A stretch of DNA of 64,000 nucleotides from Candidatus Thorarchaeota archaeon (GTDB lineage: Archaea > Asgardarchaeota > Thorarchaeia > Thorarchaeales > Thorarchaeaceae), in NCBI GenBank assembly GCA_020348985.1, contig CP070761.1, positions 1,790,931 to 1,854,930 on the forward strand. Direction: 5' to 3'. The position numbers were made by a program, and so were the translations under genes. The notes under the pieces were generated by a model. The model saw nothing but the letters and a program-made list of their open reading frames with translations. It did not search any database and was not told where the DNA came from. Positions 30,418 through 38,592 of this stretch are shown here, piece by piece (within the stretch, counting starts at the first letter, position 1; every line of letters starts with the position of its first letter).

Positions 30418-31605
30418 CTATTTCTCTAAGCCGAAAGTTGGAAAGATCAATTCCTTGACCTTCTCAATTGTTTCATCTACTGCGCGTCTTATCTTTGGAT
30501 AGTGATCATCATCAGTTCGCAATGGTCTGTCAATCCAGCCACCGCGGATCACATCATACCCGTACTTTCTGCATAGTTCTATCCATTTCGCGGGAAGAAT
30601 CGGTGGCAATGCAACGTCTGCCAAATCTGCAAGTACAATTGTCCAGACTTTGGCTGCAGTGACGGGATTATACCCTCCACCACCAAGGATTACAAGCTTC
30701 CTTGTGCCGAGATGAACAAGCTGTCTGACAGTCATTGACAATCTGTGGTAGGTATCAAGTGTAAGCATCAAATCGGCCAGTGGATCGTTCATGTGTCCGT
30801 CAGCACCGACATTCCAAAACACAAAGTGTGGTTTGTAGGCCAGCCAAATCGGCACAACAAGCTCCTCAAATGCTGTCCAAAACTCCACATCTCCCGTAAG
30901 CGGTGGAAGCGGAACGTTGACTGAATATCCCTTTCCGTCGCCTACTCCATTCTCTTCAACTCTGCCTGTTCCCGGAAAGAAACCCATGCTGTACTCATGC
31001 ATAGAAATGGTCAGAACGTTCGGATCATCGTAGAAAGCACCCTGCGTTCCGTCACCATGGTGTACATCTGTGTCAAGATACAGGATTCTGTCATTAGGAC
31101 GCTTTTCTTTGAGCTTCTTTATTCCGATCACACAATCATTGTAATAGCAGAATCCAGCAGCCTTTGTCTTCATTGCGTGATGGAAACCTCCCACAAACGA
31201 CATGGCATCTTCAAACTCGCCATTGGCTACTCTCATCGTTGCATCAATGGTAGCTCCCACAGGCAGACTGGCATACTTGTCTACATCTTGAAAGACTGGG
31301 CATTCATCAGTGTCTAGCCCAAACCGTGCGGAGAATGCGGATCCCATGTTTCCAAATAGTTCCAAGGTTTCGATGTATGAATAATCATGGAAGAGATTAA
31401 GCTCTTCTCTCGTAGCATATCTCATTGGCTGCACAGAGATGGTTGGCTCATTCAGCATCCCTGACATCACTGGAAGCTGCCATGTGATATCCAGCCTTGC
31501 CCTGTTCCAAAATGGATTGGGTTCGGCTCTCATCTTGTCTAGTTCGTCAACGCCTTCCAGTGCCAATAGCAACTCTGGCTCAAAGAGGGCTGTGATTCTA
31601 GACAA
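30418..31605 (-). CDS. Zn-dependent deacetylase, HDAC/AcuC family
   Basis: GGFHHA, AGFCYYND, LDTDVHHGDG, FFPGTG, GADGHMNDP, GGGGY. Confidence 0.92.
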   Translation of the reverse strand: MSRITALFEPELLLALEGVDELDKMRAEPNPFWNRARLDITWQLPVMSGMLNEPTISVQPMRYATREELNLFHDYSYIETLELFGNMGSAFSARFGLDTDECPVFQDVDKYASLPVGATIDATMRVANGEFEDAMSFVGGFHHAMKTKAAGFCYYNDCVIGIKKLKEKRPNDRILYLDTDVHHGDGTQGAFYDDPNVLTISMHEYSMGFFPGTGRVEENGVGDGKGYSVNVPLPPLTGDVEFWTAFEELVVPIWLAYKPHFVFWNVGADGHMNDPLADLMLTLDTYHRLSMTVRQLVHLGTRKLVILGGGGYNPVTAAKVWTIVLADLADVALPPILPAKWIELCRKYGYDVIRGGWIDRPLRTDDDHYPKIRRAVDETIEKVKELIFPTFGLEK

Positions 31606-31709
31606 CAGATCATCTCCTAGGAATTCTCTACGTGGCCCCTGTTAAGTGATGATGCTCCTGACAGGATTATATAGACCCAATCCCTAGTTATACAGATTCT
31701 TACCTCATC

Positions 31710-34604
31710 CTACTTCACTATTGCCTCAGCGGCAATTATCATCTTGCTCTTTGCATCACTTTCCCCTTTCATCTTACGAAGAGTCTTTACGGCGGCCTTC
31801 ATGGGCTTCATTTGCTCAGTTCGTTTCAGAATCTCAATGGTGCGTAGGAAGAGAGGCCGCATGGCATCGTGGAGAATTGGATAGATCGCGTCTGCCGCGA
31901 CTGCCTTGCCCGATTTCTTGACGTAGTTGTCCATCATAGAGATGGTCCCTGAAATCACACTAGAACAGAGGTCGGCCATTGCCGGTGTGTTCGTGAAGAT
32001 GTCTTGACACGTCTTGTCACCACAGTTCTCGACCCATTGGACTGCCTCTTCGAAGAAGCCCTGCGAGGCTTTAATGACCGTAGAGAACTCGTTTCTATCA
32101 GACACCGCTGCCTTAGAGATGTTTTTGAATGCCTGAGTTACCAATCCGAGTCTTATGTCGTATTGCCTCTCCTCGAACATAGAGGTCATTTTACCTAGGA
32201 CTTCGAATGCAAATGGCGTACGTCCGTAGCTCATCAGTCTGCCAATCTGATCCGAGACATCCGCAATGTCTTTAGTATCTACTCCAACAAGACCCCATTT
32301 GCCTGACAGATGTGCAAACATTCCATCAAAATCACTTACGCCCTTACAACGCTTCATCCCGAGATCATAGACTGCCGCAATTTGCTTTCGTGACCTTTCG
32401 TCTAGTTTTTCTACAGCAATCTCACTAGTTGTCTTGGTGATTTCATCCGCCGCTTGATTCTCGCCCAGCGTGGCGGCTAGTCCGGCAGACAAATCCTTCA
32501 TTTTCTCGATATATGCCATTGAGTCCAACAGAACCAGTCTCTTAGCTGCCCTGCTCAACAGGTCTCCAGTAGCCTTCTTGTCCTTGACTTTGCCTCGCCC
32601 GGCTCTGGCAGCCGCTCTTCTACTTGCCTTCCCCAGAAGTCTTGACAATCGTCTGGGGCTGATTGATTCTTGCTCCATGGCCTCCTCAAGCAGTTCCTGT
32701 GAAGACTTGACCTCTTCTGCCAAGGCAGATCTAATTTGCTGTGAAACGAAGTCACCGATGTCTCCCGGAATCTTCTCTCCGATCTTTGCTAGATCTTCTA
32801 GACCATCCATCTGCTTTACCATATCCGCTACAGCATCTCCCCTTTCTCCTCCAATCTCCTGCCTCACTTCCTCACCAATGTGCTCCAAATCCACAAGAGG
32901 CTTAGTTGGGGTCGCCGGAATCGGTGGTGCTTGAATCTCATCAACGTCATCGACAATTTCGGCTTTTGATGGAACTTGACTTATCGGCCCTGTGATTGCA
33001 AATAGACCCTGACTTAGCGGATTTTCCATGTACTTGTTGGCTAGTTCAACCGCCAGAATATCAAGATACTCAGGTCCAAAGTTCTTTGCTGCAAAGTAGG
33101 CATAGGAAAGGAGCGGTTCCAGCCCTCCAGTAGGCTCAACATCATACTCCTCCTTGATATGGTCCCACCCGTCCTGCAAGGCCTGCTTCTCCACCTTGAG
33201 ACGACCAGAAACCCCCATTTCCTGAGCCAGCATTCTGATGTCGCCCACTATTGGGTGGTCGACACCGCCACGTAGGACATCCGCTAGAGTGTCGTGCATG
33301 AACTTCAGGGAGAAGAATCTGGGGTCTCTAGAGAGGTACTGCTTGATTGCATTGAAGGGGCCGGGACTATCTGAAGGACCTTTCAGTGCAAAGAATATTT
33401 GATTCAGATGCACTTCGTGTGTTTCATAGCTTGGCATATCCGCTAGACAGAGAAGTGTCTTGATTACGGGAATAGCTCCCTCTCTGGGAGTGAAAATCGT
33501 ACCCTGAAGATCAAAAAGCACTCTTGCGAGGATTCCTGCAACATAGTCCGTCATTCCTTTGGGCGCTTTCTTTACAAGGTCCTCTGTCAGCTCAGCGATT
33601 TCCCCAGCTTTGACTTTAGCCGCCATTTCTTCGGCCAAGTATCTGATATATATGGGACTCCCTTGGGCGCTCTCGACCAGAGTAGGCAGAATCGCATCAT
33701 CAAAACCAACGTGCTGGCTCTTCAGGTGATTCTTTGCTATCTCTGTCATTGTGTCATCTGACATCTTCGGTAAGGTGACTGATGTGAACTTCTGCCTTAG
33801 CTCTATAGGAAGTCTACTCCATTCTTGGACCCTTGCAGTGGTCACTACCCCTTTGACATCTCTCTCGATTATGGCCTTTACCAACTCTCTAGTCTCTGGC
33901 AAATCATCATGAAAGAGCACAACACCTTCTCTCTCATGCACCCTTGAGACATCCTTGGTATCCCAAACAAGTGCAACGTCAGAATTCCTGTCAAGTTCTC
34001 TGAATATGGCATACATTATCGTTGTCTTGCCAGACCCGGGCGTACCTAGGATGACGACATTCTCGCCCTCCTTGGAATGATAGATGGCTGCATCAATTAC
34101 ACGAGAACGTGGCTCGTCAATAACAAGCACCTCATCAAGATAGACTGGCAGTCGCCATACATTCATGATTCTCTCGTGAGAATCTGGAATCTCAAAGTAT
34201 GACAAGAGATCTTGGATAATTCCCATTTGCTGCTCAATCACAGTAATCTCAGACCTAAGAGACTGGACCTGTCTGCCAGCGTGAGGACTAGCTGCTTCAA
34301 GTTGATTCAGTGCCATACCAACACTTGAAGCAACCTCAACGCCCCCTTCACGAACGGCATCCTTTATCGCTTCTCTAATAGATGGGTCTTGGATTGCTTC
34401 CTTGAAGAAAGACATGATTTCGTCCGGGCCAACGATTTCTCTCTCCTGTTTGGCGTCAATGATCGAACCTGCGGCCGCTGCAAGAAGAGGAGACCCTGTG
34501 GCAAATAGCGCGAAGTTGGAGGCTATTGCAGTTGCTACGCCTATTGCCTTCTTCGCTCTGGGGTGTTGATCGAAGTATTCACGTATCGAGTCCTTTAGAC
34601 CCAT
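31710..34604 (-). CDS. Large STAND-class P-loop NTPase (NLR-like tripartite architecture)
   Basis: Walker A GTPGSGKT, Walker B VVLFHDD, sensor VVTTAR, GxP motif AQGSPIY, FMHD motif; N-terminal hydrophobic hairpin and coiled coil; long helical C-terminus. Confidence 0.75.
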   Translation of the reverse strand: MGLKDSIREYFDQHPRAKKAIGVATAIASNFALFATGSPLLAAAAGSIIDAKQEREIVGPDEIMSFFKEAIQDPSIREAIKDAVREGGVEVASSVGMALNQLEAASPHAGRQVQSLRSEITVIEQQMGIIQDLLSYFEIPDSHERIMNVWRLPVYLDEVLVIDEPRSRVIDAAIYHSKEGENVVILGTPGSGKTTIMYAIFRELDRNSDVALVWDTKDVSRVHEREGVVLFHDDLPETRELVKAIIERDVKGVVTTARVQEWSRLPIELRQKFTSVTLPKMSDDTMTEIAKNHLKSQHVGFDDAILPTLVESAQGSPIYIRYLAEEMAAKVKAGEIAELTEDLVKKAPKGMTDYVAGILARVLFDLQGTIFTPREGAIPVIKTLLCLADMPSYETHEVHLNQIFFALKGPSDSPGPFNAIKQYLSRDPRFFSLKFMHDTLADVLRGGVDHPIVGDIRMLAQEMGVSGRLKVEKQALQDGWDHIKEEYDVEPTGGLEPLLSYAYFAAKNFGPEYLDILAVELANKYMENPLSQGLFAITGPISQVPSKAEIVDDVDEIQAPPIPATPTKPLVDLEHIGEEVRQEIGGERGDAVADMVKQMDGLEDLAKIGEKIPGDIGDFVSQQIRSALAEEVKSSQELLEEAMEQESISPRRLSRLLGKASRRAAARAGRGKVKDKKATGDLLSRAAKRLVLLDSMAYIEKMKDLSAGLAATLGENQAADEITKTTSEIAVEKLDERSRKQIAAVYDLGMKRCKGVSDFDGMFAHLSGKWGLVGVDTKDIADVSDQIGRLMSYGRTPFAFEVLGKMTSMFEERQYDIRLGLVTQAFKNISKAAVSDRNEFSTVIKASQGFFEEAVQWVENCGDKTCQDIFTNTPAMADLCSSVISGTISMMDNYVKKSGKAVAADAIYPILHDAMRPLFLRTIEILKRTEQMKPMKAAVKTLRKMKGESDAKSKMIIAAEAIVK

Positions 34605-34721
34605 AGCAATCCATCCATGGTAGCAAAGACACCATGCTGAACGCGACTAATGAGGTTTATCAAACAGGTTCAGTATCGCGACGAAAGGCTCATAATTCAA
34701 AATCAGCTGCCTGTAATCGTT

Positions 34722-35735
34722 ATGTCCAAGTTTGACCTTCTCGAACAGACGTTGTTGGGCAATCTCGATGACACTGTTCCAATTTCACTTTGGCGCCATT
34801 ATCCATACATGGACCGTACACCAGAAGGGCTTGCAGAGGCTGAAGAGGCGTTTCACCGAGTCTATGACCACGATGTCATGAAAATCAGCTTTCACGGTCG
34901 ATATCCTGTCGTGGACTGGGGATGTATGGCTGTCTACGACGGCGCTATAAGTGGGTCAACAACATGCTCAAGCTGTGTCATTGAGCAAATGAGTGACTGG
35001 GAAGTCCTAGAGCCTCTGGATGTGAACTCAGGAGAGTTTGGCAGACAGCTGCGGGCTGTTGAGCTGATAAGGGACTACGCTCATGGCACAGTTCCGACTC
35101 TTGCCACGATCTTTGATTCACCAATGGTTGCGTCCAAGCTATGCTATGGGACTCTCACACAGTACATCAATGAGTATCCGGACGTCATGAAGTCAGTACT
35201 TGAAATGATTAACAACGTCATGATAGACTTTGGTCGAGCAACTTTGGATGCGGGAGCCGATGGCGTGTTCATTGCGTCTCAACATTCAACCCGTCTAACT
35301 GTAAGTGATGAACAATACGATGAATTCGTTTATCCGTTTGATAACAAGCTGATTTCGGCACTGCGCGGCAAGGCCCGTTATGTTGTCATGCATCTTCACG
35401 CGCAAGACCCTGATGATCAAGTAAGGTTTCAGAAGATTGCCAACACTCCCGGAATCAGTGCTTTGAATTGGGAGGACCAGACTGCTTGGCCCTCGCTGGG
35501 TGAAGGTAAAAAGATATCCCGTAAAACCGTCTTCGGTGGCATAGATCACAACAACACACTGAGAAGAGGCACTCCTGATGATGTGAAAGAGCAAATCGAT
35601 AATACTGCGGAAGAAGCGGGTCTTGAGAGCCTCGTATTCGCTCCTGGCTGTGTGATAACTGTTGACACGCCCGACGAGAATCTCGCTGCATTAGTAAGGG
35701 TGGTCAGGTCTTTGGATCCCTTTGACTTCCAGTAG
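34722..35735 (+). CDS. Uroporphyrinogen decarboxylase/methylcobamide methyltransferase (URO-D-like) family protein
   Basis: PISLWRH, DAGADGVFIASQ, VMHLH, VFGGID, FAPGC. Confidence 0.8.
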   Translation: MSKFDLLEQTLLGNLDDTVPISLWRHYPYMDRTPEGLAEAEEAFHRVYDHDVMKISFHGRYPVVDWGCMAVYDGAISGSTTCSSCVIEQMSDWEVLEPLDVNSGEFGRQLRAVELIRDYAHGTVPTLATIFDSPMVASKLCYGTLTQYINEYPDVMKSVLEMINNVMIDFGRATLDAGADGVFIASQHSTRLTVSDEQYDEFVYPFDNKLISALRGKARYVVMHLHAQDPDDQVRFQKIANTPGISALNWEDQTAWPSLGEGKKISRKTVFGGIDHNNTLRRGTPDDVKEQIDNTAEEAGLESLVFAPGCVITVDTPDENLAALVRVVRSLDPFDFQ

Positions 35736-35746
35736 GGGGGCCTCGA

Positions 35747-37459
35747 TTGAGGAATCGTGAGGTAGCACGAGCTCTAAAGGAGATAGCGTTGCTCCTTGAG
35801 GTCGAAGGGAAGGATAAGTTCAAACCGAGGGCCTATCGCAGAGCGATGAGAGCGATTACATCATTGGGAGAAGACATTGAAGCCATTGCAAAACGAGATG
35901 AACTCACTGAGATTCCGGGAGTTGGGAAGGCTATCGCTGAGAAGATATCAAGTTTTCTTGAGACAGGGAAGATCGACCTTCTTGAGAGGCTGAGAGAGAG
36001 AGTTCCTGTTAAGGTGATGGAGCTGGAAGCTGTTCCAGGAGTCGGTCCGAAGACAATCAAGCTAGTCTATGATGAGCTCGGAGTGACTGATTTGGACCTG
36101 CTTGAGAAAGCTGCAGAAGAGGGGCGGATTTCAGATCTGAAGGGAATGGGAAAAAAGACCGAAGACCAAATCAAAGAAGGCATTCAGCTAGTTCGTGTTG
36201 GATTGGAACGAAAGCTGTTGTCTGAGGCCATGGCTGTCTGTGAGCCGATAGAGCTTTACATCGCTGAGATTCCAGGTGTTAGAAAAGTAGTGACAACGGG
36301 GTCTCTACGTCGTCGGAGAGAGACTGTTGGGGATCTCGATATCCTCGTGGACGCAGAAGACGCCGCCAAAGTGATGGATGCATTTGTTGTCTACGAAAAA
36401 GTAACTGATGTTAGTGCAAAAGGTTCTACAAAGTCATCAATTCGCTTGGAAGGCGGATTCCAAGTCGATCTGAGAGTGATTCCATCAGACAGTTTTGGCG
36501 CAGGACTGCAGTACTTCACAGGAAGCGTTGACCACAACGTCAGGCTTCGAGCAATTGCACAGAACGCCGGGCTGAAGCTCAACGAATACGGTCTTTTTAG
36601 AGGCGAAGAGAAGGTTGCGGGAAGTGATGAAGCGGAGATTTACAGCATTCTTGGCTTGGATTACGTTCCGCCCGAGCTGCGAGAGAACAAAGGAGAGATT
36701 GAGGCGGCTCAGCAGGGAGAACTACCTGAGCTTATTGAGCATGATGACATTAGGGGCGATCTTCATACACACACTGATGCATCAGATGGATCAAATACAA
36801 TTGAAGAGATGCTCGATGCCGCAGATGCTAGAGGGTTTGAGTACTTCTGCATATCCGACCATACCCAGTCCCTAACAATCGCCAATGGAATGGACGAGGC
36901 AAGACTTCAGAAGTGTATTGAGGAGATTGACGACCTTAACGCATCAGGAAGATGGAAACCAACGATTCTCAAGGGCGCTGAGGTCGACATTCTCGCTGAT
37001 GGTAGCTTGGATATCGAAGACGAGGTCCTAGCCCAGCTCGACGTCGTAACTGTATCCATCCATAGCCGGATGAAGGACAGCAAGGAAGTGATGACGGATA
37101 GGGTCTGCCATGCTCTTGAGAACAAGTATGTCCATGTCCTAGGACATCCTTCCGGTCGTCTGCTTCTGAAAAGACCTGAGTTTGAAATAGATCTTGAGCG
37201 GGTCTTTGAAGTCGCGAAATCAAACAGAGTCCTTATGGAGCTCAATGCTGCTCCCAGCCGTCTGGACCTCAATGCGGGCAATCTCAGGGCTGCAAGAAGG
37301 ATGGGGCTGAAAGTAGCCATCAATACTGACGCGCACAAAATCCATGAGCTTGACTTCATGAGCTATGGAGTCTATCAAGCACGTAGGGGATGGCTTACCA
37401 AGGAAGATGTGGTCAACACCCTGCCACTGAAGAAACTCATGCGAGTTCTCAGCAAATAG
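35747..37459 (+). CDS. polX: DNA polymerase X with PHP domain
   Basis: AYRRA, IPGVGKAI, GSLRRRRETVGDLDIL, QYFTGSVDHN, PHP motifs GDLHTHT, ISDH, HPSGR, NTDAH. Confidence 0.95.
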   Translation: MRNREVARALKEIALLLEVEGKDKFKPRAYRRAMRAITSLGEDIEAIAKRDELTEIPGVGKAIAEKISSFLETGKIDLLERLRERVPVKVMELEAVPGVGPKTIKLVYDELGVTDLDLLEKAAEEGRISDLKGMGKKTEDQIKEGIQLVRVGLERKLLSEAMAVCEPIELYIAEIPGVRKVVTTGSLRRRRETVGDLDILVDAEDAAKVMDAFVVYEKVTDVSAKGSTKSSIRLEGGFQVDLRVIPSDSFGAGLQYFTGSVDHNVRLRAIAQNAGLKLNEYGLFRGEEKVAGSDEAEIYSILGLDYVPPELRENKGEIEAAQQGELPELIEHDDIRGDLHTHTDASDGSNTIEEMLDAADARGFEYFCISDHTQSLTIANGMDEARLQKCIEEIDDLNASGRWKPTILKGAEVDILADGSLDIEDEVLAQLDVVTVSIHSRMKDSKEVMTDRVCHALENKYVHVLGHPSGRLLLKRPEFEIDLERVFEVAKSNRVLMELNAAPSRLDLNAGNLRAARRMGLKVAINTDAHKIHELDFMSYGVYQARRGWLTKEDVVNTLPLKKLMRVLSK

Positions 37460-37475
37460 GTCCAGCCGACTACAC

Positions 37476-38105
37476 TCACTTCAGGAAGAACCCGAAATCG
37501 CATCGTGAATCACCGTTAGCGATCGTTTTACTCCGGTCGAACCTAATCCACTTGTCAACTGCCCCGGCAATCAGGTAATCATAGTCACACAGGATGGGTC
37601 CTAGCTCCGGGTGTTCATTCTTCTGAAAGATCTCGAAATAGATGCAGCGATTGATGTCAAACCTGAATGTATCACCACTGCTTTCAATCTCCTGCAACTG
37701 GAAGTAATCATTCTCATAATTGGCTTTGTTGCCTCGTCTTGTTGACTCTACGAACGCACTCCAAACATCATCAGCTACTTCGAGATGTTCAGTCTGTTTG
37801 ACGAGAATCGGCTCTAGCATTACCTTGTATATTTCGAGAACATGTTCTCTTAGAACATGGAAATCTCCTCTCTCATCTCCTAGGGTATCATTCAGCGCAA
37901 TGACGAAGAGTGGATTCACTGCGTGCCTCTTGCCCAAGGCATCAGGAGTCAACTCCTCATTGGCCGCCAATAGTTCTCGAAACTTGATCTGGAAGGTATT
38001 TGAAAGGTCCTTGCCTAGTTCTTCGCCGTAGCTCTCAACAAGTCGATTCTCGGTTAACATACAGAGATACTGCAACAGCTGTTCAAACAGCTCTTCCTGT
38101 GTCAT
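37476..38105 (-). CDS. ATC-hydrolase/V4R-like family protein
   Basis: FDINRCIYFEIF...PELGPILCDYD...RSKTIANGDSRCDF. Confidence 0.8.
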   Translation of the reverse strand: MTQEELFEQLLQYLCMLTENRLVESYGEELGKDLSNTFQIKFRELLAANEELTPDALGKRHAVNPLFVIALNDTLGDERGDFHVLREHVLEIYKVMLEPILVKQTEHLEVADDVWSAFVESTRRGNKANYENDYFQLQEIESSGDTFRFDINRCIYFEIFQKNEHPELGPILCDYDYLIAGAVDKWIRFDRSKTIANGDSRCDFGFFLK

Positions 38106-38228
38106 CAGAGCAAACATCCAATCTGAATTGGCGCATTTGATAGTCACAATATGTGACTCTTTTCTGTGACCCTCTTTTGTGGCTCCGCATTATATACTGA
38201 TTCTTCGTGGTATTTCCTGTGAAACACA

Positions 38229-38339
38229 ATGGCTCTGGCGACAAATTCTCGGAACTCATCTGAGCTGAACACAAAGAAGCGGACCAGTCCTCCATCTACA
38301 GGAGCGATCGGCTACGCCTACATGACCGTTGTGAGGTGA
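38229..38339 (+). CDS. Putative sORF, 36 aa (MALATNSRNSSELNTKKRTSPPSTGAIGYAYMTVVR)
   Basis: ATG downstream of TTATATA (38190); first of three head-to-tail sORFs. Confidence 0.5.
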   Translation: MALATNSRNSSELNTKKRTSPPSTGAIGYAYMTVVR

Positions 38340-38345
38340 TAGTAA

Positions 38346-38435
38346 ATGGCACTTGCTAAAACAAGGAACCGTCGAAGGAATCTCAGGAAGCACGACTCAA
38401 CCAAGGCAATAGCCCTGTACTACTTCAGGAGATGA
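38346..38435 (+). CDS. Putative sORF, 29 aa, basic (MALAKTRNRRRNLRKHDSTKAIALYYFRR)
   Basis: Strong SD GAGGTGA overlapping the previous stop; shares MALA...ST.AI..Y..R with the upstream sORF. Confidence 0.6.
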   Translation: MALAKTRNRRRNLRKHDSTKAIALYYFRR

Positions 38436-38439
38436 TACA

Positions 38440-38562
38440 ATGAAAACTAGTTACAATGATGGAACCTCTGAGGGTCTGTCCAAGATGAACATTCAGGCAC
38501 AGAAGCCCCCAAAGCGTCCTGTAATCACACTTGAGGAAGTACTCGCGTTGGAAGCAACGTGA
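38440..38562 (+). CDS. Putative sORF, 40 aa (MKTSYNDGTSEGLSKMNIQAQKPPKRPVITLEEVLALEAT)
   Basis: SD-like GGAGATGA overlapping the previous stop; followed by the T-tract ctctttttcc. Confidence 0.55.
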   Translation: MKTSYNDGTSEGLSKMNIQAQKPPKRPVITLEEVLALEAT

Positions 38563-38592
38563 GTACACACACTCTTTTTCCTTCCATTTTCA

